A DNA stretch of 64,000 nucleotides from Lytechinus pictus. Its lineage: Eukaryota. A program made the translations under genes and the position numbers. The stretch covers positions 10,852,001-10,916,000 of the forward strand of contig NC_087251.1 in the NCBI RefSeq assembly GCF_037042905.1, read 5' to 3'. Numbering within the stretch: the stretch's first letter is position 1; every line of letters starts with the position of its first letter. Positions 60,757 through 64,000 of this stretch are shown piece by piece. Below the pieces are notes generated by a model, which had not been told where the DNA came from, searched no databases, and saw nothing but the letters and a program-made list of their open reading frames with translations.

Positions 60757-61213
60757 GGCACTCGACCAAAAAAGTAGTGGGTATGTGCCGCGGGCGAGAC
60801 AAAAAACGGGCTTCGGAACTACAAATGTTTGTGAAAACGGGGGTCCTTGGAACGGGTCCCTGCGTGTGAGTGCGTATGCATCCCTATGGAACGCCCAGAG
60901 GCACGGGCGCCGGGTGCGCTAGCGCAGAGACGATGGTCGGACAGCGCTCTGCGGCCGCTTTTCACCAAAATTGCGGCTCATTGGAGCAGAACAATGCGAC
61001 CGGAACGGCGTAACGGAAAATATGCGAAGCCTTGGAGCAGATTTATTTCTTCTTTTTCTCGATAAGTAGAAAATGCTATGCTTTAGAGCGACTTTCTTTG
61101 TTCTTTTTCTCAATAAGACAAAAAATGATATGCCTTGGAACGGAAATTTGAGTGTAAAAATGGGGGGCCCCTCCGCGGCACATACCCACTATATGCATTA
61201 TATACTGAGTGCC
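60757..61213. mobile_element. GC-rich MITE (unclassified)
   Basis: ggcactc...agtgggtatgtgccgcgg / ccgcggcacatacccact...gagtgcc. Confidence 0.65.
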
Positions 61214-63167
61214 TCCCCCCGGGGGGCACTTCCATCGCTGAGTGGATACCATGCGTGACCATGGGGTTTCGAAAAGCACCCTAAACAAGTATTTCCATGC
61301 TCTGAAATTGCACCCCTTAACAAGTATTGGCATGTGAAACCCTACCCTTAGATAAAGTACAAGCTGTGAATATCACCAATGTACGAGCACAAGCGCGAAC
61401 TGATTTATATTTATTCCGACATCAACATGGAAATATACTACACACTTTGTAATCATGGACATGATGCATATTTAACTGAACGATTGATGCGATCTCGAAG
61501 AACGAGCTGAAATGTTTAATGTACTGAACTAAAAATGGACTTGCTAATGGAGGCTAGCTGTGACTCTAATAAACGCTGTATCTCAACAATGAATAATGCT
61601 AGCTTTGAGAAAGCGTTATTTGTTACCACGATCATGATAGGTATCTTTAAAAAAAAACTGATTAAAAATATGATTTTTCAACCCGAAATTGGCATTCTTT
61701 TCTGCGGAAAATGGGTTCTACCGCCCCTGCCTGAAAAAAAATCAAGCGCTGTTTGTGGGATTCATGCATGGAGTGGATTCGTAACTCACTAAACAGTGAG
61801 AGCTCGTAGCATGATTTTTTTATTATTATTTTTTTTTATTCGGCACTTTTTATGCAATTCTGAACAGGATGCCTATCTCGTCGAGCAAAATGAATGAAAA
61901 TATTTTGTATACTTTCTTGAAAACGGAATATTTTAGTCCCGTGTAATCCTTTTGGGCAAGACATGTCACTCTACTAGACAATGTGAGCGCGAAGCGCGAG
62001 CAAAATTTTATAGTCACTTTAAAGACTTTATACTTTTCCAATTATTCCGGTCCCATACTTCATCACCTTTTATTTTTCCTCCTATCATCTTCCTAATTAT
62101 TTCCTCATCTCTTTTTAAATTTATTCTCTTCCTTTTGCTTTCTCTTCCTCCCTTTTTGCATCTTTGTATAACGCTTTACCTGTTTACCTTTCTCTTTTTG
62201 TTTGCCTCGTCAAATTTTCATGGACTTTTTTTTGCTTCCTCCATTTTTTCTGTAAGGGGGGGGGCACCGAAAATCTGTGGCCCCAGCCCCCCCCCCCCCA
62301 CCCGTAGCTTCGAATTATACATGGAAGCCCTGCTTGGTATAAACCAAAGATGTGCCATGAACTTCTTACGATAGATAATAAGTAAAATGGCTAAATAAAA
62401 TAATTGTGAACAGCAATGCCAGCGAAGAGCAGTAGGTCCTGTTACAAACGATAATTTGGGACCTTTCGCAATCCTCATGGACGCTAATATTAGGGTCCCC
62501 TAACACAAAAGTTAACGCTTAATCATACACTTGATTTTTAAGATTGATTGTACATTATAGTCAATAGAATCAAACGTAGAAAACTGCTCTACAATCAATG
62601 CTAAGCTTTGTGTTACAGGGGGTAACAGGCCCTACAGATCTGCTTTTCGTGTGCAAAATTCTTTCCCGCGACACCCGCACCATACATGCATGTAATACGA
62701 CTGATGGCTGGTGATATTCGAAATGCAGGACCTACAATAGATTATGACATGGATAAGAAAGTGGTTTTTCAAACAAATCGAGTACAAATTGAGTGAGGAA
62801 AAAGTTACTGAATTAAGGCTTAGATATAGATCATTACAATCCATCGAATCGATATTGCATTTAATGTGGATTATTGGTGGATCACTGGCAATTGATTCCA
62901 TGGGTCAGATCACCTCTCCAGCCGAAACCATTTCGCATGCGTTGATATGTACACATCATATGCAATAGGCCTATACATTGTGTGCTAGAGGCATATCGTT
63001 TGTGTAGGAGTAAACAAAAGAAAAAAAATCCACAAAATCGACTGAAATTCAGACGTATTTGCGGGGTTTTTTTTATACTCCTTCTACACAAACGGTATGC
63101 CTCTAGCACACAATGTAATGGGCATTGTGTTTTACTTTCCCCAGAAATGGGGGATTAGATTCAAATT

Positions 63168-63468
63168 CCCGGGTGGACCACTTCCATTGATGAGTGGATA
63201 CCAGGCACGACCATGGGGTTTCGAAAAGCACCCTAAACAAGGGAAGCAAGTCTTTTCCAGATTATGAAAATGCATCTCTTAACAAGTATTTAGCTTGTGA
63301 AACCCTACAAGTTTTGAAAACATATCCTCCTTTTCAGTATTTTAAACATCGTTTTTGACACCCTTATAACATTACATAGGCCTATACGTAACGTACTTGC
63401 CTACTCTTTCCCTTTTTACGCGTGGTCGCGCCTGGTTTCCACTCTTCAATGGAAGTGGGGCCCCCGGG
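63168..63468. mobile_element. MITE with cccggg termini; partial second copy at 61217-61350
   Basis: cccggg..cacttccattga / tcaatggaagtg..cccggg. Shares gaccatggggtttcgaaaagcaccctaaacaa with 61255-61290. Confidence 0.65.
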
Positions 63469-64000
63469 CGGCCTCTCGAGGTCTGGGAGGAACCAAATGT
63501 GGCTTTGGAAAGTCGTCCTAGATCGGATATATCGCTGTTACCATAGTAGCAACCAGAGTTTTGCACACGAAACGCAGATTGAATGTTTCCGTTCCAGATG
63601 CGAAACGAAAAAAAAATCTCATGTCACACAATTTGCATTGCAGGACAGACGGGCCCAAAAGTCTCTTCCAAAATCAACTAACGTCGTAAATAAGCGTTCG
63701 CGTTCTCCAACGAAAGGTCGGGGTTATCGGTTGTAACATGTACTAACGATTGATTGGCTGTTGATTGGCTGTTGGGCCATGTTGCCATTGTAGTTACCTA
63801 TGGAAGGCAAAGTTACCATAATACTAACTTCTATGCAACGAGGACCTGGTTCACACAAATGTGCCTGAAACAGCTGAGAGAACACGGTTAAGATTAATAA
63901 GATGTCTTCTATTAGGGAATCGACCTGTGCATAGAACTTTATCGGCTCTTTTCATTGGATTACTTCCAAATAGATTCAACGAATATCCAATCTACCATGT

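Overview
AT-rich, intron- and transposon-rich eukaryotic DNA from an invertebrate deuterostome. The repeat style suggests a sea urchin, but that is inference. Three spliced host genes can be reconstructed by hand with GT-AG junctions and consistent reading phase: (1) the last two coding exons of TRMT61A (tRNA m1A58 methyltransferase, +, 6269-7520); (2) a complete 9-exon NPAS4/dysfusion-family bHLH-PAS transcription factor (+, 29423-38997, about 717 aa); (3) a complete 6-exon SLC16/MCT-family MFS transporter (-, 44676-57285, about 651 aa). The rest is mostly mobile DNA: two L1/Tx1-type LINEs (one with a perfect 13-bp TSD and an uninterrupted ORF), decayed RTE and CR1/L2-type LINEs, tRNA-derived SINEs, and many non-autonomous DNA transposons assigned by termini and TSD length (hAT, Tc1/mariner, CMC, Kolobok, Harbinger, IS3EU-like, Academ-like). 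The most unusual signals are an inverted pair of Penelope-type minimal hammerhead ribozyme motifs (46918-47041), an apparent stack of three P-element-like excision footprints just upstream of the SLC16 start codon (57399-57474), a five-level nested transposon stack containing a ~950-bp palindrome (18730-24510), and a swapped basic-region motif in the NPAS4 homologue. I found no convincing wholly new multi-gene system, no CRISPR array and no prokaryotic system. All coordinates were read by eye, and no searches were run.
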